Virus record (IMG/VR): IMGVR_UViG_3300042995_000016
Span: 1 to 56,456 of that record
Direction: 5' to 3' (one strand)
Length of the DNA stretch: 56,456 bases
Source: a virus
Taxonomy: Duplodnaviria > Caudoviricetes
Shown here: positions 17,627 to 27,006 of the stretch, one piece after another
How positions within the stretch are numbered: the first letter of the stretch is position 1
How the letters are laid out: the number at the start of each line of letters is the position of its first letter
Program-made: the position numbers and the translations under genes
Notes under the pieces: model-generated
Database searches by the model: none
The model's input: the letters and a program-made list of their open reading frames with translations, nothing else
Told to the model about the DNA's origin: nothing

Positions 17627-18697
17627 TCAGGCGACGACGGCCAGCCCCATGGCCTCGGCCACGCGCTTCCTGCGGGCGGCGGCCTTCTCCTCGGCGGCAT
17701 CGCCGGTCTCGGTGTTCGCGGTGTCCAGCACGCCCTGGATCAGGTCGCGCGCCTGGGTCAGGTCCGTCTCGTTCCGGCCCGACAGCACCTTGCCGGCCTT
17801 GAGGGACAAGGCCTCGATCCGCTTGCCCCGGAGGGCGCCGACCACGTCCTTGACGGTGATCGCGGGGGCGGCCTTGTCGGCCTCGTCCGCGGCGGCGTCC
17901 CCGACCCCCTCGTCGGCGAGCCGCCCCAGCAGCGCGGCCACGCTCTCGTCGGTCATCTCGACCAGCGCGGCCCCGATCTGGCGGAGCGCGTCGGCCAGCA
18001 GGCCAGGCACCTCCGACTCGGACCCGGTCCACTCGGCCTCGTCGGCCGCGTAGCCCTGGATCCAGCCCAGATCGCCCATGGCCGACGCGAGATAGCCGAC
18101 GAGCCACAGGCTCTTCGCCGTGAGCGCCGGCGCGTTCTTCGGCACCACCTTGGTCACGGCCCGGGCGCCCTTCGTCGTCACCAAGCCGTGCTCGCGGAGC
18201 AGGTCGAGGACGGGGGCGATCTCCTCGACCGAGAACGAGCGCTCGACCACCAACGCGCCACGGGCCGCCGGCACGCTGACGAAGCTGAACTCCATCAGCT
18301 CCACGGCCTTGTACCGGGTGCCCTTCTTCGGGTTCTTGGCGTCGATGGGCTCGGCGTCCACGGGCATGAAGCCGACCGAGGTGGCGTTGACCACCCCGGC
18401 CTTGACCAGCCCGTAGACCTCGTCCGCCTTGGCGCTCACGCCCTCCTCCGGGAACTCCACGAGCGCGGAGAGCCTGCCGCCGACGAGGCCGATCTCGACG
18501 CAGCGCGCCACCGGCACCTCGGGGTCGTGCTGCCAGAGCACGACCGGGTTCGCCCTGTAGGCGGAGAGGTCGATCCCCTCCTGCACCACGACGTCGCCCG
18601 AGCGGTCGACGTCGGCCGTCGAGCAGACGACGCGCACCTGGCGCCTCTCCGCCAGGGTCTCGGTGCTGGCCCCGAGGGCCTTGCGCTGGATGGTCAT
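17627..18697 (-). CDS. prohead protease, HK97 family, with C-terminal extension
   Basis: DRSGDVV, NPVVLWQHD, SVGF, ELMEFSFVSVPA; KAGKVLSGRN tail. Confidence 0.92.
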   Translation of the reverse strand: MTIQRKALGASTETLAERRQVRVVCSTADVDRSGDVVVQEGIDLSAYRANPVVLWQHDPEVPVARCVEIGLVGGRLSALVEFPEEGVSAKADEVYGLVKAGVVNATSVGFMPVDAEPIDAKNPKKGTRYKAVELMEFSFVSVPAARGALVVERSFSVEEIAPVLDLLREHGLVTTKGARAVTKVVPKNAPALTAKSLWLVGYLASAMGDLGWIQGYAADEAEWTGSESEVPGLLADALRQIGAALVEMTDESVAALLGRLADEGVGDAAADEADKAAPAITVKDVVGALRGKRIEALSLKAGKVLSGRNETDLTQARDLIQGVLDTANTETGDAAEEKAAARRKRVAEAMGLAVVA

Positions 18698-18704
18698 GCT
18701 CACC

Positions 18705-20030
18705 TCAGGGGCTGGGGGATTCGCCGGCCGCGGGCCGCCCGGCGCCGTCGGGGGCGTTGCCAGAGACGTCGGAGCCGAGCGCGGCCATGTTGGTCGGCTG
18801 CATCAGGGCGTCGCCGCCCTCCACGGGGTTGCGCCCCTCTATCGCGCGCAGCTCGTTCGTGCTGGCGAGCCCGGTCAGCTTGTCGATGCGGGCGATGTTG
18901 CGCCGGGTCATGGGGTCGGCGCGCAGGAGCGTGCTCTCGTCGAGCTCGACCTCGAGCCCCTGGGCGTCGAGGTCGAAGGCGAACTCCAGCTCCTGCTCCC
19001 AGTTCTCGGCCTCGGGCGCGATCGTGTTGTTGAGGTAGTCCTGGTCCTGCGCGGCGATGTTGTTGTTGGTCGCCCGGTCCATCTTGCCGACCTTGTGCGG
19101 CGGCACCCGGAAGAACCGGCAGATGTCCTCGACCTGGAACTGCCGCTGCGCCAGGAACTCGAGGTCGACCGAGGACAGCGAGAGCTGCTGCCACTCCATC
19201 CCCTCCTCGAGCACCGCCGTGCGCCCGGTGTTGCCGAGCCCGGAGTTGAAGGCCTCCCACTGCGCCTTGAGCCGCTGGGCGGCCTCGGTCGACAGCGACT
19301 TCGGGGACTTGAGCACGCCCGAGGGGCGGGCGCCGTTGCCGGCCCAGCGGGCGGCCTGCTCCTGCTGCGCCATGGCGAGGCCGATCGCGTCGCGCGCGAG
19401 CCCGATCCTGGACGGCGCGTGGAGCGGCGTGTCGACGCAGACGCCGCGGACGTGCAGGACGTTCTCGGCCGGGATCGCCATGGGCATGCCGGCGAGGACC
19501 GACTGCTCGAACATCCCGGCGCGGCTGACCTGGTAGAACACCCAGCCGTTCGCGGCCTCGAGCACGGTCACCCGGTCGGCGTTGATCGGGAACATCTCCG
19601 TCGGCTCGCCGGCCGGGTCCCTCAGGATCACGGCGATGGCGTTGGCCTTCAGCTCGACGCCCATCTGCATCATCGAGGCGAAGCGGAGCCACGTCTGCGC
19701 GCGGTTCGGGCGGCGCAAGAGCCGCGCGAGCGCGCCGTCCCTCACCTCGTCCCGCCCGCCCTCGACGCGGTCCCCGTTCGGCAGCACGCGGTCCGGGCGG
19801 ACCCGGTACAGGCGGGGGCGCATGCGCGCGAGGTCGACCGCCTTGATGGTGGCGCAGGCGTAGACCGTCGAGACCTGCAGCGCGGTCGCCTGGCTGACCC
19901 GGCGCCCCGTCGAGCTCGCGACGCCCATGAGCGTCGGGAGCCGGGACACGGAGAGGTCGGCCGCGGACCTGACGACCGCGGGCGCGGACGCCCGCGGCTC
20001 CGCCCCCACGATGGCCGTCAGGATGCCCAT
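18705..20030 (-). CDS. portal protein, HK97 family
   Basis: ALQVSTVYAC, RPN..QT, NGARPSGVL, VLEEGMEWQ, ICRFFRVPPHKVG. Confidence 0.95.
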   Translation of the reverse strand: MGILTAIVGAEPRASAPAVVRSAADLSVSRLPTLMGVASSTGRRVSQATALQVSTVYACATIKAVDLARMRPRLYRVRPDRVLPNGDRVEGGRDEVRDGALARLLRRPNRAQTWLRFASMMQMGVELKANAIAVILRDPAGEPTEMFPINADRVTVLEAANGWVFYQVSRAGMFEQSVLAGMPMAIPAENVLHVRGVCVDTPLHAPSRIGLARDAIGLAMAQQEQAARWAGNGARPSGVLKSPKSLSTEAAQRLKAQWEAFNSGLGNTGRTAVLEEGMEWQQLSLSSVDLEFLAQRQFQVEDICRFFRVPPHKVGKMDRATNNNIAAQDQDYLNNTIAPEAENWEQELEFAFDLDAQGLEVELDESTLLRADPMTRRNIARIDKLTGLASTNELRAIEGRNPVEGGDALMQPTNMAALGSDVSGNAPDGAGRPAAGESPSP

Positions 20031-20032
20031 GG

Positions 20033-20212
20033 TCAGCGCGCCTTGATCAGGGCGTAGGCCGTCGCGGCCGTGCCGAGCAGCAGCAGTGCCAAGCCCCAGT
20101 GGAACGCCGCGGCGCCCACCAGCATCGCCAGCACGCCGCACCCGCCGATGACGTCGCGCAGGTCCAGGCTCACGCGCCAGCGCTCGGCCGGCCCGGTCGG
20201 TTCGTCGCTCAT
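20033..20212 (-). CDS. small two-TM protein between terminase and portal; absent from the ORF track
   Basis: MSDEPTG...DVIGGCGVLAMLVGAAAFHWGLALLLLGTAATAYALIKAR; SD present. Confidence 0.65.
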   Translation of the reverse strand: MSDEPTGPAERWRVSLDLRDVIGGCGVLAMLVGAAAFHWGLALLLLGTAATAYALIKAR

Positions 20213-20225
20213 GTCGGTCGCCTTC

Positions 20226-21905
20226 TCAGAGGAGGATCAGCTCGCGGTCCTCGTACACGGACCGCGCGCCGCCCAGCGGCTTCGGGTCCGTGGCCATCAG
20301 CGCCATCGCGTTGAAGAGCGCGATCAGCGGGTCGATCTTCGCGGTCCCGGCCGTCTGCTTGGTGATCAGGATCGCGTTGCCGCGCGCCTCGACGCGCGCG
20401 TTGCCCACGCACCAGGCCATCAGTTCCTGGCCCGCGTGCACCAGGTTCCCCGAGGCGAGCTCGCGCTCCGTCGTCTTGATCGCGCCGGCGATCTTCCAGC
20501 CCTGCGGGATCCCGACGATGGCGTCCCTCGGGATCCCCGCGTCCACCATCGCGTCGACGATCGCCCCGATCCCGACCGGGTCGAGCCCGATCCCGCCCAG
20601 CAGCCCGGCCTCCCAGACCGCCACGACCACGTCGCGGAACTCCTCCACGTCCTGGCCGATCCGCTCCACCAGGACGAGGTCCCCCGCCTCCGCCAGGTCG
20701 CGGAGCCTCGGCGCGATCTCCTGCCGGCGCTCGAGCGCGACCGGGTGCGCCCAGGCCCTGTTCCACAGGAGCAGCTCGCGCGTGTCCCGGTCGCGCCCCA
20801 GCACCGCCAGCCCCAGCAGGTCGTCCAGCCCGCCGCCGTCGCCGCCGACCACGACCACGTCGCAGCGCGCCACGATCTCGTCCGGGGTTAACGACCGGCA
20901 TCCCTGGGCCTCCCAGTAGGCCGCGCCCGCCCAGCCGTCCGAGCGCAGCCGGAGGCCGATCTCGACGTTGAAGTGCTGGGACGCGAGCAGCGCGAGCTGC
21001 GACGGGCCCTCGCGCTCGGCCTTGGTCAGCTCCCGCCGCAGGAACGCCTCGTCGACCGAGCGCCCCATGTTGGGGTTGACCATCGGCCAGCGCCGCGGGT
21101 CCTTCCAGCCGTCCCCCTTGCAGACGCGGTCCGGCAGCTCGTAGATCACCGGCAGCAGCGGCAGGTCGAGCTTCCCGTCCCGGACGTCGCGGGCGACGCC
21201 GAGCTCGGCCTTGAACACCCCGGCCGGCGGCTCCTTGGACTGGGTCGTGATCTGGACCATGAAGCCGTCGGGCCGGGCCGCCAGCGCGCCCCGGATCTCC
21301 ACGAAGACGTCCGCCGCGTTCGCCTTCTTCGCGAAGACGTGCGTCTCGTCCACCAGGATCCCGGTGGACTTCGAGCCGGTGATGACGTCCGTGTCCGCGG
21401 CCTTGATCAGGATCGAGGCCCCGGTCCGCCGGTGCGTGATCGTCCGGATGTGCCGCTGCGGGTGGAAGAGCTTCGCGAGCTCGGGGTCGAGCTTGATGAT
21501 GCCCGAGGCCTGCTTGAAGGCGATGTCGGCGATCTGCTTGGTCGGCGCGATCAGCAGGAACTCGGCCTCGGGGCGGCGGTTCACGATCACCGCCACGACC
21601 ATGAGCGCCGCGGCGTAGCTGGACTTCCCGTTCTTCTTCGGCACCAGGAGGAACACCTCCTGGACCAGCCGCCGGTTGGCCTCCGCGTCGTAGCTCCCGA
21701 ACAGGACCTCGACGATGCGCCGGAACCAGTCGCCCGCCGCCTCGGCCATCCGCGGCGTGCCGATGACGTCGGGCAGCCGCAGGCGGTCGAAGATCCGGAG
21801 CGCCCGGTCCGCCTCGGCCCGGAAGAGCGGCAGGTCCGGCACCAGCGGGCGCCCCGCCTCGAGGCGGTCCTCCCAGTCCGGGCAGGCGGTCGACCACGCG
21901 CCCAT
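20226..21905 (-). CDS. terL: terminase large subunit
   Basis: VPKKNGKS Walker A, ILVDETH Walker B, GGDGGGLDDL and KIDPLIALFNA nuclease motifs. Confidence 0.96.
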   Translation of the reverse strand: MGAWSTACPDWEDRLEAGRPLVPDLPLFRAEADRALRIFDRLRLPDVIGTPRMAEAAGDWFRRIVEVLFGSYDAEANRRLVQEVFLLVPKKNGKSSYAAALMVVAVIVNRRPEAEFLLIAPTKQIADIAFKQASGIIKLDPELAKLFHPQRHIRTITHRRTGASILIKAADTDVITGSKSTGILVDETHVFAKKANAADVFVEIRGALAARPDGFMVQITTQSKEPPAGVFKAELGVARDVRDGKLDLPLLPVIYELPDRVCKGDGWKDPRRWPMVNPNMGRSVDEAFLRRELTKAEREGPSQLALLASQHFNVEIGLRLRSDGWAGAAYWEAQGCRSLTPDEIVARCDVVVVGGDGGGLDDLLGLAVLGRDRDTRELLLWNRAWAHPVALERRQEIAPRLRDLAEAGDLVLVERIGQDVEEFRDVVVAVWEAGLLGGIGLDPVGIGAIVDAMVDAGIPRDAIVGIPQGWKIAGAIKTTERELASGNLVHAGQELMAWCVGNARVEARGNAILITKQTAGTAKIDPLIALFNAMALMATDPKPLGGARSVYEDRELILL

Positions 21906-22498
21906 CAGTTCGGCAGCCCCACGCCGAGGTCGTCGCCCCACTCGGTGCCGGCGCCGGCGGTCTGCGCCTCCTCCTGGGCCAGGGCCTTCTTGCCCTGGCG
22001 CGCCGGGGCCGCGGTCGGCCGCATCATGCCGAGCACGTGGGCCATCTTCGTGAGCGCGCCGAGCTTGTCGTGCATCTTGACCTTGAGGGTGCCGTCCTTG
22101 CTCTGCGACACCTCGGCGATGGCCGCCGCGACGCCGTCGGTCAGCTTGTCGCTGTCGACGATCACGACCTCGGTCGCCACCGCGAGCCGGGGCTCGCCGG
22201 TCTCCTCGTCCTCGACCATCTCGGTCACGGCGGCGCGCCAGCGCACGAGGTCGCGGATGTCCGAGAAGCCGAGCTTGGCGAGTTCGGCCATCACCCGCTC
22301 GGGCGTCACCCCGGAGTGCGCGGCGACCAAATTCCTACGGCGTTCCAGCTCCGCGGCCACCTTGGGGTGCCTTAGCAGGCGGCTGGCCTCGACCTCGGCC
22401 GAGCGCTCGCTGTAGCCGGCCTTGATCGCGGCCCGCTTCCCGTTGGGATCCGCGAGGTACGCCTCGACGAACCGCCGCTGCTTCTCGGTCATGGACAT
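21905..22498 (-). CDS. terS: terminase small subunit
   Basis: TEKQRRFVEAYL...AAIKAGYSERSA...SRLL; KMHDKLGAL. Confidence 0.93.
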   Translation of the reverse strand: MSMTEKQRRFVEAYLADPNGKRAAIKAGYSERSAEVEASRLLRHPKVAAELERRRNLVAAHSGVTPERVMAELAKLGFSDIRDLVRWRAAVTEMVEDEETGEPRLAVATEVVIVDSDKLTDGVAAAIAEVSQSKDGTLKVKMHDKLGALTKMAHVLGMMRPTAAPARQGKKALAQEEAQTAGAGTEWGDDLGVGLPN

Positions 22499-22504
22499 TA
22501 GCAA

Positions 22505-22607
22505 CGACCTCCCACCGACGCGCGGGCCGAAAAAATTCTGCGCGTGAGCCCCGTGCGGTTCGGGCCCCGGCCCCGCCCCAGGGATCGATACCCCCTATCC
22601 CCGCGCC
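22505..22607. promoter_or_regulatory. probable cos packaging region
   Basis: Intergenic between HNH and terS, with a G-run and CTCACGCGCAGAATTTTTT on the minus strand; the usual cos position in HK97-type phages. Confidence 0.55.
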
Positions 22608-22967
22608 TCAGCGGCGGTGGACCTTCGCCATCCTGGCGGCCCGGGCCCGGGCAGTCTTCGCCGAGTGGCACGCCCCGCAGAGCAGGCGGACGTTGGCGGG
22701 GTCCAGCGGCGCGCCCCCGTCCTTGAGCTCGACGACGTGGTCGCCGAAGACGCGGATGGGCGCGCCCTCGGCGTCGTGCGTGCGCCCGCATCCGGGCCCC
22801 TCGCAGCGGCGCCCGCGCTCCCGGACCAGCCGCGCGACCAGCGACCGCCACTCGGGTGAGAGGTAGAACGGGTCCGCCCGCTTGGGCGCGGGACGCGCGG
22901 TGGCGGTGTCGAGCGACCGGACCGCGGGCCCGAGCGAGCGGAGCCGGGCGTGCCGGCGGTGGCTCAC
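22608..22967 (-). CDS. terminase-associated HNH endonuclease (gp74-like)
   Basis: FYLSPEWR...C..PGC...DHVVELKDGGAPLDPANVRLLCGACHSAKT. Confidence 0.9.
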   Translation of the reverse strand: MSHRRHARLRSLGPAVRSLDTATARPAPKRADPFYLSPEWRSLVARLVRERGRRCEGPGCGRTHDAEGAPIRVFGDHVVELKDGGAPLDPANVRLLCGACHSAKTARARAARMAKVHRR

Positions 22968-23161
22968 CCGCGCGCCCTCCTGCCCTGCCGCCACTCGCGG
23001 ACCATGAGGGCCACGCGGCCGATGGCCAGCAGCAGGGCCAGCGCGGCCATGGTCGCCGAGTAGCCCTGCGACAGCAGGTCGATCCAGTCGAAGCCGACGC
23101 CGAGCGCGACGGCCGCGCCGCCGCCCGCGGTGGTGAGGTCGATGACGGCGCGCTCGGACAT
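22964..23161 (-). CDS. small membrane protein, holin-like
   Basis: 65 aa, hydrophobic segments, basic C-terminus; first gene of the late operon. Confidence 0.55.
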   Translation of the reverse strand: MSERAVIDLTTAGGGAAVALGVGFDWIDLLSQGYSATMAALALLLAIGRVALMVREWRQGRRARG

Positions 23162-23176
23162 GGCGGGCTCCCAACG

Positions 23177-23208
23177 AAAAGCCCGCCGCGGCGCGAGGCC
23201 GGGCGGGC
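23177..23208 (-). terminator. terminator upstream of the late genes
   Basis: GCCCG...CGGGC stem followed by TTTT on the minus strand. Confidence 0.55.
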
Positions 23209-23231
23209 AAGGACGACGGCGAGGTCGCTGA

Positions 23232-23729
23232 TTAGGCGTTCGCCGCGAGATGGGCCTTGAACACGGTGGTGTACAGCGCCTCGATCTCGCTGGCGCTGAA
23301 CGAGCAGAACCCGTCGGGGCTGACGAACAAGGGCCGGATGCCGGCCGCCACTTGGGGCGGCTTCAGTCTGGGCTTGGTCACTCGCCCCTCGCCGAGCTTC
23401 GCATCGCTGATCAGCATCTCGGGCGACACGAGCTTGACGTCTATGTACTCCGTCACCTGCCCCTTGATCGCCACGATGTCTATCGGCCCATGGGGGCTGA
23501 CGTTCCGGAAGACCTCGTAGCCACGCTCAACAAGCCAGCTGGCCGCGATCATCTCGGCCCAAGCGCCGCGATGCTTGAGCTCGACCACGTTGGTGCGCTT
23601 GACCGACTTTGCGACGCGCTTCACGGCCCCGGCCTCGTAGCACTCCAGACCGCAGTAGACCTGGCCCTCGGCGCTCGGCCGGAACATCCGTCGGCAGTGC
23701 TCACAACGAGAGGGTTCGTGCTTCGTCAT
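23232..23729 (-). CDS. Zn-finger plus PD-(D/E)xK nuclease
   Basis: CEHC...YCGLEC; AEMIAASWL..GYEVF...PIDIVA...IDVK. Confidence 0.75.
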   Translation of the reverse strand: MTKHEPSRCEHCRRMFRPSAEGQVYCGLECYEAGAVKRVAKSVKRTNVVELKHRGAWAEMIAASWLVERGYEVFRNVSPHGPIDIVAIKGQVTEYIDVKLVSPEMLISDAKLGEGRVTKPRLKPPQVAAGIRPLFVSPDGFCSFSASEIEALYTTVFKAHLAANA

Positions 23730-23819
23730 CGGCTACCGCCCTCGGCCCACAGTGCGCGCGACCATGCCTCAACTCCTACCGATTACCCCGATCGATTGTC
23801 ACGCTCGGAAACTGACTAG

Positions 23820-24575
23820 TCAGTTTTTGCACTGGTTCAGCTCCCGGGCGATCAGACCGAGCGCGTCCACCTCGGCGCGCCGGACCCACTCGTGGCTGAC
23901 GCCCCTCTCGCCGCGGGCCTCCCTCGCCGCGGAGATCCCCTCGGCGACCTTGCGCAGGCTGACCCCCATGAGCCTGAGCACCAGCGCCCTGCGCCGCTCG
24001 GGGTCGACCACCGCGTACAGCCAGGGCAGGCGGTCGTCCAGCAGCCGCAGCTCCTCGGGCGAGGGCAGGACGCGGGTGATCCTGGTGTTGGCCTTGCCGT
24101 GGAGCATCAGCTCCCACAGCTCGGCCCGGGTCTTGACCACCTCGGGGTGGCCCGAGCGCAGGCCGGAGGGGAACGCGCCCCTGCCCACCGGCATGCGCCG
24201 CAGGACGGCTACGGCCTCGGCCAGACGGTCGCGGACGAGTTCGGCGTCGTACCGGATCCGGCCCGGGTTCGCGACGGACGAGGCCGTGCGCCTGGGCGCG
24301 ACGACGGTGCCGGCGTCGAGCCGGAGGACGAGGCCCGAGCGGGCGGGACCGAGGTCCTCGTGCTCGGGGTGCTGGCGCCGGTAGTCGACCTGGGCCACGG
24401 CCTCGGCGAGGCGGATCTGGTCGGCGCTGGAGATCGCGTAGCGGCGGGCCGGGGCCGTGGCGACGTCGCCCTTGCGGTCCCGGAAGACGCGGGGCTCGGC
24501 GAGCTCGGGGCCCGCTGCCTGGAGCCGGGCGAGCGGCGGGAGGGCGCTGAGGCGCCTGCGGTTCTTCCGGGGCAT
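23820..24575 (-). CDS. late-gene regulator (Q/sigma region 4-like HTH)
   Basis: VRDRLAEAVAVLRRMP...PSPEEL..LD..LPWL...GVSLRKVA; position of Q. Confidence 0.65.
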   Translation of the reverse strand: MPRKNRRRLSALPPLARLQAAGPELAEPRVFRDRKGDVATAPARRYAISSADQIRLAEAVAQVDYRRQHPEHEDLGPARSGLVLRLDAGTVVAPRRTASSVANPGRIRYDAELVRDRLAEAVAVLRRMPVGRGAFPSGLRSGHPEVVKTRAELWELMLHGKANTRITRVLPSPEELRLLDDRLPWLYAVVDPERRRALVLRLMGVSLRKVAEGISAAREARGERGVSHEWVRRAEVDALGLIARELNQCKN

Positions 24576-24955
24576 CAGGATGCAACTCCGAGGAGAAGGT
24601 AACGCCCACAACTCGCCGTTACCCGACCGTTACCCCGTTTGTTACCTCTAACCTCTTGTCCTGAAAGGGAAGTAACGAACAGGGGAGAAGGTAACGGCAT
24701 ATCGAGGTCCCCGTGAGGCGCGGGGGCGCGCTCGCGTGTGCGCATACGCGCGGGGGCGCAGGGGCGTGCATGCGGGCAGGCGGACATGTGGGGATGGGGC
24801 GGAATCGCGTTACCTCGGCCCGTTTCCGTTACCTCGTTGATCCGAAAGGCGAATTCGGTAACGCCCGAGGTAACGGGGCCTCGGCGGACCGTTACCCGCG
24901 TTACCTCGGGGTAACGGCGCCCGTTACCCCCAAGCCCTTGATTCGATTGGCTCAT
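24575..24955 (-). CDS. 126-aa ORF running through the iteron array
   Basis: ATGA overlap with the helicase stop and TGATG overlap with the next start. Confidence 0.45.
   Translation of the reverse strand: MSQSNQGLGGNGRRYPEVTRVTVRRGPVTSGVTEFAFRINEVTETGRGNAIPPHPHMSACPHARPCAPARMRTRERAPAPHGDLDMPLPSPLFVTSLSGQEVRGNKRGNGRVTASCGRYLLLGVAS
24598..24928. repeat. iteron array, probable phage replication origin
   Basis: 14 copies of GGTAACG/CGTTACC (12 exact) in both orientations, directly downstream of the helicase gene. Confidence 0.85.
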
Positions 24956-27006
24956 CCGAGCACCGCCTTGATGGGCAACATCATTGCGCGGGACTTCGCG
25001 CCGGGGGAGAAGTGGGTGGCGCTGGGGGTCGGCTCGGCGCCCTCGACGCCCTTGAGGAGGCGCCCCCATCCGTTCGGCCAGCTCGTCGGGGCCATGATCC
25101 GCTCGAGCGCCGAGTGCTGGTTGGCGACGAACAGGCGGTCGCCCTCGACCTTGAGGCCGTAGCGCCGCAGCATGCGGTCGGCCGAGGCGAACTCGTCCTC
25201 GCCCGGCGCGTGCACGCAGGCGGCCACCAGCTCGCCGATCGTGACCTCGGCCGCGGGCTTGGAGGGGTCGCGCGCGCGGGCCTGCAGGATGGCCTGGAGC
25301 GCCGCCAGCGCGTCGCTGGTCTCGGTCGTGTCCTGGATCTCCCCCCACTCGCGGTCGGGGTGCGCGACCCAGGCGACGGCCTCCTCCTCGGTGAGCACGC
25401 GGCCGCTCCGGAGCGCGTAGGCCCCGGCGAGGAGCGTGCCGAGCTGGTCGCCGGCGCGGGCCGTGCCGAGGTGGCGCGCGACCGCGACCTTGAACACCTC
25501 GGCGTTGGCCCGGATCGTCGGCAGCAGGCCGATGGTGCGCGCCAGGAGCCGCCCGGAGAACTCGGGCGTGAACTCGGCGAGCGCCTTGAGGAGCCGCGCG
25601 TAGTGCTGCTCGTTGGCCCTGCGCTGCTCGATCGTGTCCTTGGGGGGCGAGCGCAGACCGAGCACGGTCACGCGCTGCTCGTCCGCGGCCTCCTGGAGCG
25701 CGACCCGGATCGAGGCCAGCATGAAGCACGATCGGATCGAGTAGATGTCCGCGTCGTCGCCCGCGCCCGCCATGGCCGTGACGGCGCCGTCCTCGCTCGA
25801 CGTGGCCCGCATGAGCCCGAGGATCTCCGCGATCCTGGCCGCGGCCTTCTCGCCGTTGGCCTCGCTCTCGTCGAACAGGATGGAGAGCGCGTCGGCGCGC
25901 AGCAGGCGCCGGATGCCGGCCTCGCTCGACTTGCCCTTGAGGTGGTAGGCCACGCCCGCCAGCAGCGCCTTGACGAAGTCGCGCAGCAGCGTCGTCTTGC
26001 CCGAGCCCGCGCCCCCCGTGATCCAGAGGTGCGGGCGCCAGTTGAGCGCGCCGCACACCGGGGCGACGACGATCCAGCCCGCGCAGAGGTAGGCGTAGAT
26101 CGGGCGCTCCCAGCGGAACATGCGCGCGACGTCGAGGACCTGCCCGGCCTCGGCCGGGCCGAGCGGCTCGCCCTGGGGGCCGCGCAGGCGCCGGCTCGCC
26201 TGGTAGATGAACTCGCCGTCCGCCACGAACTGCCCGAAGAGGTCCCGCTCCTGCCCGTCGACCACGAGCCGGTCGCCGAGGTGGATCACCGCGCGCCCGT
26301 CGTCCCACCAGGCGCCGCGCCCGCGCACCCGCCCGGGGTCGTAGACGCCCTCGGCGTAGCAGCCCTGGATCAGGGCGTTGGCCGCCATGCGCCAGTCGGC
26401 CCCGCCGCGGCTCGGCGGGCCGGGGTAGTTGAGCGCCCAGTACTCCATCGGCGCGAGGGTCATGAGGTTGAGGTCGGAGTGCTTGGCCGCCTGGATCGAC
26501 CTGACCTGCATGCTGCGCCGCGTGAAGTAGAACATGCGGTCGCCGTCGTAGCCCAAGCAACGGAACGGCGCGCCCGCGTCGGGGCGCGGCGCGGGCTCGG
26601 CGCGGGACGCGGGCTCGGGGACGGGCGCCGGGGTCGGCGCGGGCCCGGCCGGCACCTCCGCGAGGTGCGCGCGGATCCAGCTCGCGTCCGCGATGCCCCG
26701 CTGCAGCGCGTCGTCCAGGTCCCCGTCCAGCAGCCGCACCGTGGCGCCGGCCGCCGCGGCCGCGCGGGCGAGCTCGGGCGTCAGCGCCACGACCTTGCGG
26801 CCGCGCAGGGGCTCGAGGTCGAAGTCCGGCCCGGCCGCGACGTGGACGACGGAGGGGAGCGCGATGCGGGCGCGGTCGCGCAGGGCCTTGGACGGCCCGA
26901 GGATCACGCTGGCGCCCGGTGCGGCCGCCAGGTCGGCGAGGCCGAAGAGCGGCCTCCGGGGCGTCGCCACGGCGCCGGCCGGGTATCCCGATGCGTCAGG
27001 CGGCAC
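24952..27006 (-). CDS. phage primase/helicase-type replication protein (P-loop NTPase)
   Basis: GGAGSGKT Walker A, ILFDESE Walker B, RVRGRGAWWD; N-terminus looks like a degenerate TOPRIM domain. Confidence 0.8.
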   Translation of the reverse strand: MPPDASGYPAGAVATPRRPLFGLADLAAAPGASVILGPSKALRDRARIALPSVVHVAAGPDFDLEPLRGRKVVALTPELARAAAAAGATVRLLDGDLDDALQRGIADASWIRAHLAEVPAGPAPTPAPVPEPASRAEPAPRPDAGAPFRCLGYDGDRMFYFTRRSMQVRSIQAAKHSDLNLMTLAPMEYWALNYPGPPSRGGADWRMAANALIQGCYAEGVYDPGRVRGRGAWWDDGRAVIHLGDRLVVDGQERDLFGQFVADGEFIYQASRRLRGPQGEPLGPAEAGQVLDVARMFRWERPIYAYLCAGWIVVAPVCGALNWRPHLWITGGAGSGKTTLLRDFVKALLAGVAYHLKGKSSEAGIRRLLRADALSILFDESEANGEKAAARIAEILGLMRATSSEDGAVTAMAGAGDDADIYSIRSCFMLASIRVALQEAADEQRVTVLGLRSPPKDTIEQRRANEQHYARLLKALAEFTPEFSGRLLARTIGLLPTIRANAEVFKVAVARHLGTARAGDQLGTLLAGAYALRSGRVLTEEEAVAWVAHPDREWGEIQDTTETSDALAALQAILQARARDPSKPAAEVTIGELVAACVHAPGEDEFASADRMLRRYGLKVEGDRLFVANQHSALERIMAPTSWPNGWGRLLKGVEGAEPTPSATHFSPGAKSRAMMLPIKAVLG

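Noticed and set aside
24598-24928. CRISPR array
   Set aside because: Repeats are only 7 bp, in mixed orientation with irregular spacing, and there is no cas operon.
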